A stretch of DNA of 63,398 nucleotides, filler included, from Octopus bimaculoides (GCF_001194135.2; 7 parts of 5 records of this genome joined end to end with filler, not necessarily neighbours in it); one strand, 5' to 3'. Positions 13,060-25,660 are shown, counted from the first letter of the whole stretch. Made by a program: numbers and translations. Notes: generated from the letters alone by a model not told the origin.

Positions 13060-14154
13060 TATGGACGTGCTATATTAAAAACTATTAGTATCGAACGGAG
13101 ACTATAATTCATCTCAACAGCAGCCAGTGAGAATGCTAGACATATTTTGAGTTTTCATTTGCATATAACGGAGTTTTATTCAGCCGGGCGGTTATTCATA
13201 GTATTAATGGATGTTGTATTCACATTTTTCTATATCGGAGGCGGCGACTACTCGTCAGAGCATGTGACTGGCTGTAAGTACGTGCCACAGAAAAGGTAGA
13301 AAACGACCAAAAGACATCTGGTATAAGAGATGTCATCTCAGAACAAATGCAGCAGCAATTGGCCCATTAACAGCATATGTAGATTGAGTATGATATAGGG
13401 AAGATTAGTTTAATTTAATACTGCCTCAGTTGCGTATAACACAGTAGTATTATATATTATCTTTTAGACTTAAATTTCATCTCTTGTTATTGTAGTCAAC
13501 GTATTCACTGTAATGGAAGAAGAGAAAATGAAACGCTTAAAATATTTTCAAGAAGTCTCGAACGGGTGAAATCGACACATTTGATGTTCGGGCTGAGAGG
13601 AAAATGGCTGCAATATTGGGTATATTTAATCTAACGTTGTTAGACATAGCAAGATCATTCTTAGATATACCAACAGATACTGCTTCGCGAGATACGAAAT
13701 GCTATTATTAGACACACACACACACAGACACACACACAGACACACACACACACACACACACACACANNNNNNNNNNNNNNNNNNNNNNNNNNNNNNNNNN
13801 NNNNNNNNNNNNNNNNNNNNNNNNNNNNNNNNNNNNNNNNNNNNNNNNNNNNNNNNNNNNNNNNNNNNNNNNNNNNNNNNNNNNNNNNNNNNNNNNNNNN
13901 NNNNNNNNNNNNNNNNNNNNNNNNNNNNNNNNNNNNNNNNNNNNNNNNNNNNNNNNNNNNNNNNNNNNNNNNNNNNNNNNNNNNNNNNNNNNNNNNNNNN
14001 NNNNNNNNNNNNNNNNNNNNNNNNNNNNNNNNNNNNNNNNNNNNNNNNNNNNNNNNNNNNNNNNNNNNNNNNNNNNNNNNNNNNNNNNNNNNNNNNNNNN
14101 NNNNNNNNNNNNNNNNNNNNNNNNNNNNNNNNNNNNNNNNNNNNNNNNNNNNNN

Positions 14155-14768
14155 GCTGCGTGCACTCAAACATTTCCTTGACCTCCGACCCAACTCCCAA
14201 CCCGACACCTCCACACTCGTTCGTCTGGCCGGACTTGTCCTCTCACTCAACTGCTTCTCGTTCGCGGGGATTTCTACCAACATCACTCGGGAGTGGACAT
14301 GAGAACGAGAATGGGCCCCAGCTATGCGAACCTGCTCGTTGGTTATGTTGAGGCCCAAATATTCTCTAGTTTCACTGGTCCCACTCCCGATCTAGATGGT
14401 CGTTATATTGACGACTGTATTGGTGCCACCTCACTCTCCCGCAAACATCTAGACGCCTTCCTCTCTTTTGTCAAATCTTTCCATCCTGTCCTCCACTTCT
14501 CCTGCACTCCCTCTGACACCTCTGTCTCCTTTCTTGACATTTCGGTCAGCATTCATCACTCCCCNNNNNNNNNNCTTCTCCTGCACTGCCTCTGACACCT
14601 CTGTCTCCTTTCTTGACATTTCGGTCAGCATTCATCACTCCCCTCTTACCCCCTTCATCCACTACAAACACACAGACTCACACTCTTACCTCAACTTCTC
14701 CTCCTCCCACCCTAAACACAGCAAGCTTTCCATCCCCTATTCCTAATTCCTCCGTCTACGCAGGCTCT

Positions 14769-14770
<2 letters not shown>
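14155..14770 (+). mobile_element. Penelope-like element reverse transcriptase fragment
   Basis: RMGPSYANLLVGYVE, RYIDD, VSFLD, HYKHTDSHSYLNFSSSHP...SIPYS are Penelope-like RT core and thumb motifs. Confidence 0.9.
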
Positions 14771-14820
<50 letters not shown>

Positions 14821-15181
14821 TTATGTATGGCAGGAAGAAAATGGAAGGAATCCAGAGGTAGTATTCGTCAGTTGTTAGACATATTATACCTATTTAATTA
14901 TTTTAAACAGTTCAGATAATATATAAATACATGTGTAAAGTACTAGAGATTATAACAGTACATTGAAAAGATAGAAATAACATGTGGGATACTGTGACCT
15001 CTTGGCAGAAACAGCTGTAAGAAACTGCTCTTCTTTCTTTATTCTAGAAATTACTAGTACTTTACATATGTATTTATATATTATCTGAACTGTTTAAAAT
15101 AAATAAATAGACATAATATAATGTCTAACAACTTATGAATACTACCTCTGGATTCCCTCCATTTTCTTCTTGCCATATAAA
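14821..15181. repeat. Inverted repeat (arms ~14821-14946 and ~15054-15181, ~107-nt spacer) next to the Penelope RT
   Basis: tatggcaggaagaaaatggaaggaatccagaggtagtattc...gtaaagtactag is the reverse complement of ctagtactttac...gaatactacctctggattccctccattttcttcttgccata. Confidence 0.85.
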
Positions 15182-15374
15182 TTAAGGGTAAAACTACTTA
15201 TTACCCTCGCCTAATTATTACACTCAGTAGGATAATTGCCATGCAGTAACCAACACTTGTGTATTAATTAGGTATTCTTCCAGCAGTATATTAGATAGCT
15301 ACTATCCCTTAGTTGGTTGAATTCACAACCCCTAACTCTCTTTGAATTATATATTTATATATATATGTATGTGA

Positions 15375-15570
15375 GTGCTTCTCTGTCTGTGTTTGTTCCC
15401 CCACCCCAACGTCGCTTGGCATCCGATGTTGGTGTGTTTACCTAGCGGTTCGGCAGAAGAGGTTGATAAAATAAGTACTAGGCTTACAAAGAATAAGCCC
15501 AGGGGTCGATTTCTTCGATTAAAAACCCTTTCAGGCGGTGCTCCAGCATGGCCGCAGTCAAATGACTGAT
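15375..15570 (+). repeat. SINE family B, 3' half
   Basis: Matches the 3' part of the copy at 39488-39985 (ataagtactaggcttacaaagaataag...ggcggtgctccagcatggccgcagtcaaatgactga). Confidence 0.8.
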
Positions 15571-15639
15571 TCCAGTGAAAGAATATATATTTGTATGTGT
15601 CGTGTGTGTTGTGTGTCGTGTGTGTTGTGTGTCGTGTGT

Positions 15640-15675
<36 letters not shown>

Positions 15676-16167
15676 TGCGCGAGTATGCGTGTGCGTTTGT
15701 GTGTATGTGTGTGTGTGTGTATGTTTATATATTTGATGTGGTTATGGAACAATGGAACAAAAGAAAGAGACATAATATTGTTGCGTGTGAGGGAGTGAGT
15801 GATTGAGTTAGTTTAGAAGAATGAAAATTAGCAAGAGGGTTGAAGGTGAAAGATGAGAGATATTTTGGGATGGCTTGAATGAATCATAACAATGGAAAGG
15901 AATAAGCATTGTTTATCAGATAGTGGAGCCGAGAATTCGTTATTTTAATTAAGAACATAAATAGATCAATTTATTACCTTTTTGAACATGATATATCAAA
16001 TATGTTTCCCTTTTAATTTCTGGTCAATTAAAATTTGACTGTGTTTTTTCGATTTCTATCAGAATAAAATAATTTAATCAATATTATTTGATACATCGGA
16101 TACTCTGAGGGACTATGATGCTCTTGCTGGACGAGATTTCTGTCTTTATCTTTCCATTCAGTGTTTG

Positions 16168-16222
<55 letters not shown>

Positions 16223-16602
16223 NNNNNNNNNNNNNNNNNNNNNNNNNNNNNNNNNNNNNNNNNNNNNNNNNNNNNNNNNNNNNNNNNNNNNNNNNNNNNN
16301 NNNNNNNNNNNNNNNNNNNNNNNNNNNNNNNNNNNNNNNNNNNNNNNNNNNNNNNNNNNNNNNNNNNNNNNNNNNNNNNNNNNNNNNNNNNNNNNNNNNN
16401 NNNNNNNNNNNNNNNNNNNNNNNNNNNNNNNNNNNNNNNNNNNNNNNNNNNNNNNNNNNNNNNNNNNNNNNNNNNNNNNNNNNNNNNNNNNNNNNNNNNN
16501 NNNNNNNNNNNNNNNNNNNNNNNNNNNNNNNNNNNNNNNNNNNNNNNNNNCACACACACACACACGAGAAGTAAAAAGAATTGGATGTTACATTTATATA
16601 TC

Positions 16603-17271
16603 TACGAAGAGAAGTCAAAAATTTTCCGCACTTCACCATAACGTATCTTAAATTATTGTTACATTGCCTTCTGCGCATGCCTGTTTATAGTTAGTATTAT
16701 TGTGATTACGTTATCAAGTTTGAGTCTGATTGCGCCATTTTCCTCTCTGGCTTTACAGTGTAAACATGGCCGCTCCACTAGCAATGTGCATCAATGAAGA
16801 TCAAAGTGCAGTGATCAAAATTCTCTTGTCCAAAGGTGTGTCAGGTGCTAAAATTCATTGAGGCTTTTAGCACAATATGGGAACAGTGCACTACCACTTA
16901 GAAGTGCGTATGAGTGGGTCGAGAAGTTTAAAAGTGGTCGGACACGCATGAGGCATGAAGAGGGACGGGACTCCCGTCAACCTCTACCATTGACGAGAAT
17001 ATTCAGCAAGCTTGAGATATAGTAATGGTGAATCGGTTCACCATTACTATCTCTCAGGTCACTGCTCTTTGTTCTTCTCTGGTGTTCATTGCCTGTGAAG
17101 TGGCTATGCTTACACTGTAAAGCCAGAAAGAAAAATGGCGCAATAAGCTTCAAACTTCGATCACGTGACCTCAATAGTACCCACTATAAGCACGCATGCG
17201 CAGAAGGCAGTGTGTCAATAATGAAGATATGTTATGGCGAAGGTGCAAAAATTTTTTGACTTTTCTTCGTA
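16603..17271 (+). mobile_element. Mariner-derived fold-back/MITE element retaining the transposase N-terminus
   Basis: Ends tacgaagagaagtcaaaaatttt...aaaattttttgacttttcttcgta with long imperfect inverted arms. The internal frameshifted frame MAAPLAMCINEDQSAVIKILLSKGVSGAKIH..LLAQYGNSALPLRSAYEWVEKFKSGRT resembles the mariner helix-turn-helix region. Confidence 0.85.
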
Positions 17272-17469
17272 GGTATATAAATGTTAGATCCAAGGATCGA
17301 AGTGTAGGAAGAAAGTAGGCTTCAAGCAATCTGTAGAATATATATATATTAAAAAAAAAAAACTTTCAGGAACAACAATGGTTTATTGAAACTGAAGGTT
17401 GTGGATCTTTTCGTATCGAAGTACGATAGGCTGAAGAAAATTATTTTATATTTCACGTTAGGCTTCCAG

Positions 17470-18300
17470 GGTTGTCAGGTATGCGAATGAAAATTCAAGA
17501 GTAAAGGAATGGAGTAGATAAGATCCGGGTTACAAATATTTCATAACGAGCGGAACCTCGGAAGTGGTAAATATCCAAGCGAGGTGAATACCGCAGGTTA
17601 CTCGTCAGGCCAAGGGTACCTTGATTAAATGAAGTTTACATGGTCGCGGATGCATTCGTTTAGCGAAGCCCGAAAGCAGGAAAACAACACAAGTAAACCC
17701 ATAACATCAGGTTAAAAAAGTGATGTTTTAGACTGCTCCACTTCTACGACAACAGCGGCTATCCAACATGCCATCTGCAAGGAGGGACTTAACATACAGC
17801 TGGTACACACTGGTCCATTTTGGAGGAATGTTCTATCGAAGAAAAACGCCACTTTAAAGCACCGTGGGGAACGTGGGGTGCACACACAGCAACTGTCCTA
17901 TCAACAACATCAAAATATGTTCGAGGGCCTACGCAGTTTACGAGTTAGTCTGTAATAAATGTGGAGCATTCTACATAGGGAGCACCACTAGAGAACAAGA
18001 CACCCGTATAAAAGAGTATATGTAGACAGACACTTCGACAAGGAAATCCCACAAGAAGCGCCAAACTCTGAACTTCAAAGTTTCCATCAAGGCAACCCAA
18101 CGCAACAGGGACAGTCTCAAATTTATGGAAGCCCTCCTTATAAACAAAGTGAAATCACCCAAAGTGAAATAGACTGGTTGCTATAGCAACAGCCGTTCGC
18201 GCATGTCACCTTCCTTCCTCCCCCGTCTCTTCCGAGGAACAAATTATTTCTAACCACCGCTTTTCCGAATGTCCTGAAGAAGGAGTCTTCACCACAAAAT
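17470..18300 (+). mobile_element. Penelope-like element 3' part with decayed GIY-YIG endonuclease
   Basis: CTHSNCPINNIKICSRAYAVYELVCNKCGAFYIGSTTREQDTRIKEY* followed by FKVSIK...LKFMEALLINK (~17880-18160). Confidence 0.8.
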
Positions 18301-18330
18301 ATAATAAAACAAAATAAAACTGCAACTTTG

Positions 18331-18432
<102 letters not shown>

Positions 18433-18439
18433 GTGTGTG

Positions 18440-18586
18440 ACGGGATTATTTCAGTTTTTGTCTACCAATTCCAATAAGGCTTTGGTCAGTCCAACGCTTC
18501 AGTAGAAGGTGTCACGCATGGGACTGAACCCGGAACCATTTGGTTGGAAAGCAAACTTCCTGCCACGCAGTCACACCTGCGCCTAT
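18440..18586 (-). repeat. SINE family B head
   Basis: Reverse complement of tataggcgcaggtgtgactgcgtggcaggaagtttgc...ggttccgggttcagtccc (A- and B-box-like). Confidence 0.7.
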
Positions 18587-19169
18587 ATGTGTAAATGAAT
18601 CTATAAAATTATGGGAAAGTAGTTCAATATCACGACATTTTTTTGTTCAATTACATCATTAGTTAACTAACAGGTCAAAGTGTTAAGTCTTTCTGTATTG
18701 TAAATGAAAGCTTAAATATGGAGTGTCCTATGAAAAAATGATATGGGCAGGCGTGTATGTTTTTTGTTTTCAATAAAACATTTTAAGCTAATTGGAGCTA
18801 GAGACTATTATCTAAAGAATTGTTTTGTAGTCAAGTTTACAAACCCATTAGACGTACGTTAATATGGCATAAATAAGCAAACCAGCCTAAATTTATCAGA
18901 AACATAAAACGTGAATGTATGAAATGCAATTGAACAACATTATCTATCAATTTAGTATAAAATCAATATATGTCAGTTTAATATGTTCATAATGTCATAA
19001 ACAGTAAAATATATATAGAGAGTCAAACAAGAATACGCAATGATAATAATACAAACAGTATTTTAACTCCATCATCCTCTACAGCTTACCAATTCTATCA
19101 ATGGCGGAAGAACTCAAAGCCACTAAGATATAAGAAATCAGTGCATTGGTTTTACCTCAGATTAAATAG

Positions 19170-19660
19170 ATGCGACATGGCAAGAATTCCATAAAGGGGT
19201 GCAGAAATTGGTGCAGGAAATGGATATTCATTGGGGAAGGTGTGAATGAAACCGAAAATTATGGGGTGGTTTACCAAGATCGGTTAGGTTTTGTTAACTA
19301 CAGAAACAAGAGAAGCAATGCCAATGCCAGTGGCAAGAGAAGTATATTTGTACAGAGGATGGGAAGGAAAAACTCGGCGTATAGATTCCGCAGTGGTTGC
19401 TTGACACAAACAGTTGTTACAACGGGTGACCACCATCTTGGAGGGAATTCAAGATTCGTGACAAGGATAAGTTAATCTTGCTTCTTTGCTCTGTGGATGA
19501 GCGTTTTCCAGCCTCAAGTACCTTTTGGACGTAGGGCAAAACAGTATCATCTTTAAGTAGTGTGATGTATCTTGAACCACAATTTGACCGGATGTTCCAG
19601 AGCACTGAGAAATAGAAGATAGAAGTTAATGTTCGGTAAAGCCCATACGGAAATTGTCAA
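19170..19660 (+). mobile_element. Probable Ty3/Gypsy LTR-retrotransposon integrase relic
   Basis: Fragments across frames fall in integrase order: KLVQEMDIHWG / MKPKIMGWFTKI (Zn-binding H..G..RMK..WWP.I-like), LLDTNSCYNG*PPSWREFK (GLP.TIVSDNGP.F...EFK-like), FPASS (HPASN-like), KLMFGK (ELMFGR-like). Heavily decayed; matched by eye only. Confidence 0.4.
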
Positions 19661-20032
19661 GTGGACAGTTCAGCAGAAATATAAGACGATCAAGAAGCGG
19701 GTGTCACAAAAAATTATTTCACATTCTTTCGATGTTCATTTATTCTTTTTTCAGCTATATATAAATACAAGTAAATAATTGTGTAGACACACACACACAC
19801 ACACACANNNNNNNNNNNNNNNNNNNNNNNNNNNNNNNNNNNNNNNNNNNNNNNNNNNNNNNNNNNNNNNNNNNNNNNNNNNNNNNNNNNNNNNNNNNNN
19901 NNNNNNNNNNNNNNNNNNNNNNNNNNNNNNNNNNNNNNNNNNNNNNNNNNNNNNNNNNNNNNNNNNNNNNNNNNNNNNNNNNNNNNNNNNNNNNNNNNNN
20001 NNNNNNNNNNNNNNNNNNNNNNNNNNNNNNNN

Positions 20033-20103
<71 letters not shown>

Positions 20104-21337
20104 CTTCGATTTATCTTTTCCTTTTCTCTTTAGTCCTTGACTTTTCATTTCACTTTTCTAAGCTTAATTCTTAGACTTTCTAATATTGTTTTAGAATTCA
20201 TTATTCTTTATTATGAGTTCAGTATTTTTTATTATTATTATGAATTTGCCTTGTTACTTCATATAAACTATATCTAATTTACTTCCATTATCATATTACT
20301 GATTTATTTATAGACATGTGTTTATAGTACTTTATTTAGCATCAACGGCCTTTTAAATTGATATTTTAGTGACTTAAATAGCCAGCTATCCACTTTAATT
20401 TATTCAACTTAGTTTACTTTTATTTACCTTTTCTTTAATTGTCCTCTGAGTTCACCTCAATTTTAAATATCAAATTGACTTTTCTTAACATATATTACAA
20501 CTACGCCTTATTGTTTTACTTCCTTCAGTCTCCTAGTATTTGGCTACATCCTTGTATTAATGCTAAAATTTCGCTTCTTGCTTGATATCCTCACGGGTTT
20601 TGAAAAGATTATGTTAATATAAACTTTTGGATATATCAGATATGAGTCAATCCACTATGGACTGATATGTATATTGCAACACTGTATGGTATAGTTGTGT
20701 GTGGTGTGGTGTGATGTGATGGTGTTGGAAGGTGGGAGAGGCGAGAGTGGGGGAAAGCAAGGATGGGGTGTGGATTAGGCTCAGGGTTGGGGTATGTGGG
20801 TAAGCAGCGGGTGGGGGTAGAGGTGGGGTATATGTAATTTATATATGTCATTATTCAGTTTTATTTCAAGATTTCTTGCCAATAGAGAAAGAGCATGTTT
20901 CTTAGCAAGATCCAAGGCTCCTTCATTAGGAGTTCAGCATCAACAACAGGATATTTTTGTTTTCTTGGGTATGTATGTATGTATGTATGTATGTATGTAT
21001 GTATTGCATTTTGGACTTTGCCGAAATTAGTATGGGTTACATGTAATATGTTGTAATATTTCGTAACCNNNNNNNNNNNNNNNNNNNNNNNNNNNNNNNN
21101 NNNNNNNNNNNNNNNNNNNNNNNNNNNNNNNNNNNNNNNNNNNNNNNNNNNNNNNNNNNNNNNNNNNNNNNNNNNNNNNNNNNNNNNNNNNNNNNNNNNN
21201 NNNNNNNNNNNNNNNNNNNNNNNNNNNNNNNNNNNNNNNNNNNNNNNNNNNNNNNNNNNNNNNNNNNNNNNNNNNNNNNNNNNNNNNNNNNNNNNNNNNN
21301 NNNNNNNNNNNNNNNNNNNNNNNNNNNNNNNNNNNNN

Positions 21338-21376
<39 letters not shown>

Positions 21377-21411
21377 CTCTTTTCTTCTCTTGGCATTACA
21401 ACACTTCCAAG

Positions 21412-21568
21412 GTGGATGATAACATGAATGAAACTATTCCATTGATAATAGCTGGTGGCGGCGGCGGCATTGGTGTTGGTCCCTTCCAGAAAGATCCGTC
21501 TGTCTTATACTCGGATATTGACTTTACTATTAATGGAACAAACGGAAATATGTCCATTTCCGGTGCTG
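21412..21568 (+). CDS. ALK: Internal coding exon of an ALK/LTK-family receptor tyrosine kinase (glycine-rich extracellular region)
   Basis: Pyrimidine tract and AG acceptor (ttttcttctcttggcattacaacacttccaag|GTG), GT donor (GCT G|gtatgt). The open frame reads VDDNMNETIPLIIAGGGGGIGVGPFQKDPSVLYSDIDFTINGTNGNMSISGA(G). This resembles, from recall, the P-L-I/L-I/V-A-(A)-GGGG motif of human ALK (VPVPLIIAAGGGG...LNGNSGAAG) and Drosophila Alk (NEAVPLLVAGGGGGLGIG), and the phase-0 start and phase-1 end match the corresponding vertebrate exon as I recall it. It was missed by the ORF track (no long ATG ORF). Confidence 0.85.
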
Positions 21569-23439
21569 GTATGTTTGTTTAGCTATATAAAATCTTCCCT
21601 CTGTTGTTTCTTTGTTTCATTTCTCTGCTTTTAATCTGCGATAAAGTTAATTGCTTTCTATGTATTTACTAAGCAACTTTAAAATGTTATGTAAAAAATG
21701 ACTTCGGTATCCATAAAAGATTCTTCATAGGTCGTTGCCTAGCTCTCACGATTTAATGGATCTAAAATGGATGAGACATAAATCTTCTCCTGGAGCAAAC
21801 GCTTGTCAATCACACATGTAGTTAGACTGTGTAGATATGTGTTATCTAATTGCAATATATTAGTGAACTTTGAACGTTAATGGAATGTCATGCTGAACGA
21901 CAACATCTACATTACCTTTGAATGCTCCGGTGCATCCACCATATGTTATAAAGTAATTTACCCCTTTTCCCTTCTCTTTAGAGATATCATGCCTCTGCAT
22001 GATATAAGAATAGTAATCTTTTTCCCCATCAAAAGTGTTATTACACTTACTTACTGAATGTGCAATCTGTGACTGTATCTGCTAATGGTAAGAACTATAT
22101 AACTTTGATAAACTATGTGAAAACATAAGTTAGTGTTAAATTATTTAATGCAGAGCATCAAACGATTAATTTGAAATAATTTTGCGGCGACGAAAAGCTT
22201 AATGATTAATGTTGTTTTACTATTTAATCGACAAGTGCGACAGACAACTAAGGCTATGTTTCGGTTTCATTATATCTCCTCAATGAAACATTTAATTCAC
22301 CATACTTGCTGAAGTAGTAATATGACAACCAATAATGATATATAAAATAATATACATTAATAAGTAGGAACATTAATCATAGTCGTTGTTTCTCAATCAA
22401 TTAAATGACTTTCTTTGTATTAATTCCAATGTCTTTTCATTAACTATAATTAGTACTGTAATTTTTGATTTGATGTTTTCTTTTAAATTTTCGGTTTTCC
22501 TCCCAGTGATATCAAATTTAGGATGCAGCTCTAATGTAAATTAATTAACATTTATATTTGCCGTATTTAGTAAACTATTTCTCTTATGAAAATACATTAC
22601 ATTAAAGGCTTAATTATAGGCGCGCAGTTTGAAAGAGATTTAAGAAAAAAAAAACAGCATATTGAAAAAAGCTCTACTTTTAACTTTTGTACTTGTTAAA
22701 ACAGTAAATAGATAACATTTAATCTGATGCGTTTAACCTAATGTCTACTTTAGATCCCACTAATTAAACGTAAATGAATGTGATTTAATCTATTATGTGT
22801 CAGATAACCTGTTAGATACTTATTTGTGCATTCGTATTAACCGAAGTTCTGCTAAACGATGATCAATAAAACTGATATTCTAATTTTCTTCAATTAGCTA
22901 TATTCCCCTTATTCTGCTTATAACTGCCCTAAAGAACAGGGCTAGCAACAGTGCTGTATAATCGATGCGTTTTATAAGATTGCATGGTGGAAAAGATTCA
23001 CACTCTATGTATCAAGAAAAATTTCTAGGTACACTGAAGGGAAAGCCTGAGTAAAGCAAAGCATTATCATGAAAGAAGGAATTATATTAAGCGTTGTTCA
23101 TGACTTACAATCGTTGCGACGTATGTAAAATGAAATTATTGTAATTAAGGATAAAATCAAAGACAGAATCACGCATATCTAAAGTCATATTCCACATGAC
23201 TGCTCATTCTATGCAAATATAAACCTTCCATATGATATAGGAGTTCCCTTAAGGGGCACAGCTTAATTACATAGTAATGAGTTTGATAAATGCAATTGAT
23301 AGTATAAAGATAATTGTAGCACAATTTATGGAAAGAGTTGATGTTGCATTTGATTTTAAGACTTCTTTTACAGAATATCCATTCATCCTCCCATCCCTCC
23401 ATCACTCCATCTCTCCCTCACTCCCTCCATCCAGCCATG

Positions 23440-23935
23440 TATCCATCGATACATACATGATAAACAACAGGGACAAAGATACAACCAAACTTCCACGTTG
23501 TGATACAAGATGTCGGTTCTGTTATACCGATATGGAAGATACCACACACATGATCGACAGCTGCCCCCAAATATCTGCAAAATACTGCCTGTCATGAGGC
23601 ATGAAACATTTGCAAAGACTATTTACAGTGCTATCCGCAGGAAGGATTTCTCTGAAGTATACATTAAAAGTATATCAGAACCAGCATGTATTCATACCTT
23701 TAAAAACAAAGAATACCGCTGGATCACTCCAGTAAAAACAGCAGTTCGTTACAAACATAACAGACCTGATATTGCTCTGTGGGACTGGAAACAAAATCAT
23801 GCACTGCTGTAGAGGTCAGCTGCCCAACAGATGTGAATGTACCATCAAAAGTCCAGGAAAAAGAGAATATTTCTGACGAAATAATGCAGAACGTACAGCT
23901 CTTGTACCCTGACTATAAGTTGTCCTTCAATGTAA
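23440..23935 (+). mobile_element. R2-group (R4/Dong-like) LINE C-terminal CCHC knuckle and restriction-like endonuclease fragment
   Basis: CRFC...EDTTHMIDSC, then RHETFAKTIY, KHNRPDIALWD, and VSCP.DVNV..KVQEKE. Confidence 0.8.
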
Positions 23936-25213
23936 TCTTGTACTAAAATATGAAGTTACTGTTGTTTTGTCTCAGGTTAGCTCTGATTAAACTATTCCAC
24001 TCTTAAATATTCTAGCTTAAGATATTCCCTCTTTCAATCGGATATTTTTTGTCTGGGATTACATTGACCCACGTGTTTTTAGTTTTGAAGATAGTCAAGT
24101 GTGATTTAAAAGATACTTTCCTGCTATTTCTCGCATGTCGAGTGGTCACATAAATATTGACAGTGCCGATTAATACGATGCAATTACAAGTGCAATAATA
24201 GGAACGCAGCTAATATTAATTATGATAGAATATTTAGATGAAAGTCATTCTGTGCTATGTAAAAGTTCGTTAGAATGCAAACATTTCACAGAGTAGATAA
24301 TATTTCCCGGCAAACAAATATATTAGACTCTGATGTCTTCATCCTATTCTCTATTAAAAGTTTTTTTTCCGATAAAGAGGTTGCGTAAAAGGGTTAGCAC
24401 TAAAGGACAGCGGAATACTTCGGTACGTAAATAATTACATGAGATTTAATCTTGTTTACTGTTGTTCAGCCGATATAGGTATTGATTCTGTATTTATTTA
24501 ATAAGTATCAGAACTACTTAATGAACGTCCAAACTGATGATTTCCCTTACCACATTTCATTTGCGATTATTTCAAAATACAGTAAATTGCTATTTTATAA
24601 CCTGGTTACTTAATATTTTTAACCCAAGGGAAAGATTTATCATACACAGAGCATTAGGGAAGCCGAAGATGAATATTGGACAATTGATTGCATCAAAAGT
24701 TAGTGAAAGCAAAACTGTACTGATTAAGTGAAAAGATTTAAGATTAGAGTAGAAGAAATAACATGTTGTGAGGCTGATCTCTTTCCCAGCAGTATTAGCA
24801 GCATGAGAGGAAATAGCTTCTCTGTATACTTACATTTGATTTTCCCCGTTGAACTCTTACTCAGTACAACTTGGCACTAATGAAACAACTTGGCACTCAG
24901 TACAACTTGGTACTAACAGAGCCTCAAGGTTATATAATATTTTGAAGAGTTTTTACTCATGGAATGTATAATACTTTGTGAAATTCAACGCAAAGTAAAT
25001 AAACTAAAGCGTATAATGAAGGCCCAAGAGTTTTGAGTTAAAAGCAAAAATGCAAAGTCTGGTTGTTTTAGTCATAGTGAGTCAGTGTTAGACTCGAAAA
25101 ACTAATATCATTGGCTTTTTTTTTCTTGTCAACATTTTATTTCTTCTTATTTCATCGACCCCAAAAGGGCTAGTGCTTTAGGATACCATTGTAGAAGAGC
25201 CCTGGCATGTTGC

Positions 25214-25285
<72 letters not shown>

Positions 25286-25660
25286 GAAACTCCGTCGGTT
25301 GCCACGACGAGAGTTCCAGTTGATCTGATAAACGGAACAGCCAGCTTGTAAAATTGACATGCAAGTGGCTGAGCACTCCCCAGACACCTGTACGCTTCAT
25401 GTAGTTCTCAGGAAGATTCAGCGTGACACAGAGTGTGACAAGCCTGGCTCTTTGAAATACAGGTACAACAGATACAGGAACAAAGAGTGAAAGAAGTTGT
25501 AGTGAAAGAGTACAGCAGGGTTCGTCATCACCCCCTGCCGGAACCTCGTGGGGCTTTTTAGGTGTTTTCGCTCCATAAACACTCACAACGCCCGGTCTGG
25601 GAATCGAAGCCACGATCCTACGACCGCGAGTCCGCTGCCCTAGCCAACAGTAGCATCGTC
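25286..25660 (-). repeat. SINE family C; its 3' end abuts a (TATC)n tract at 25215-25284
   Basis: Matches the copies at 32617, 44625 and 45213. Confidence 0.85.

Noticed and set aside
14498-14642. Apparent ~65-bp tandem duplication inside the Penelope RT
   Set aside because: The copies flank an 11-N gap and differ by about one base, which suggests overlapping contig ends or haplotypes rather than a real duplication.
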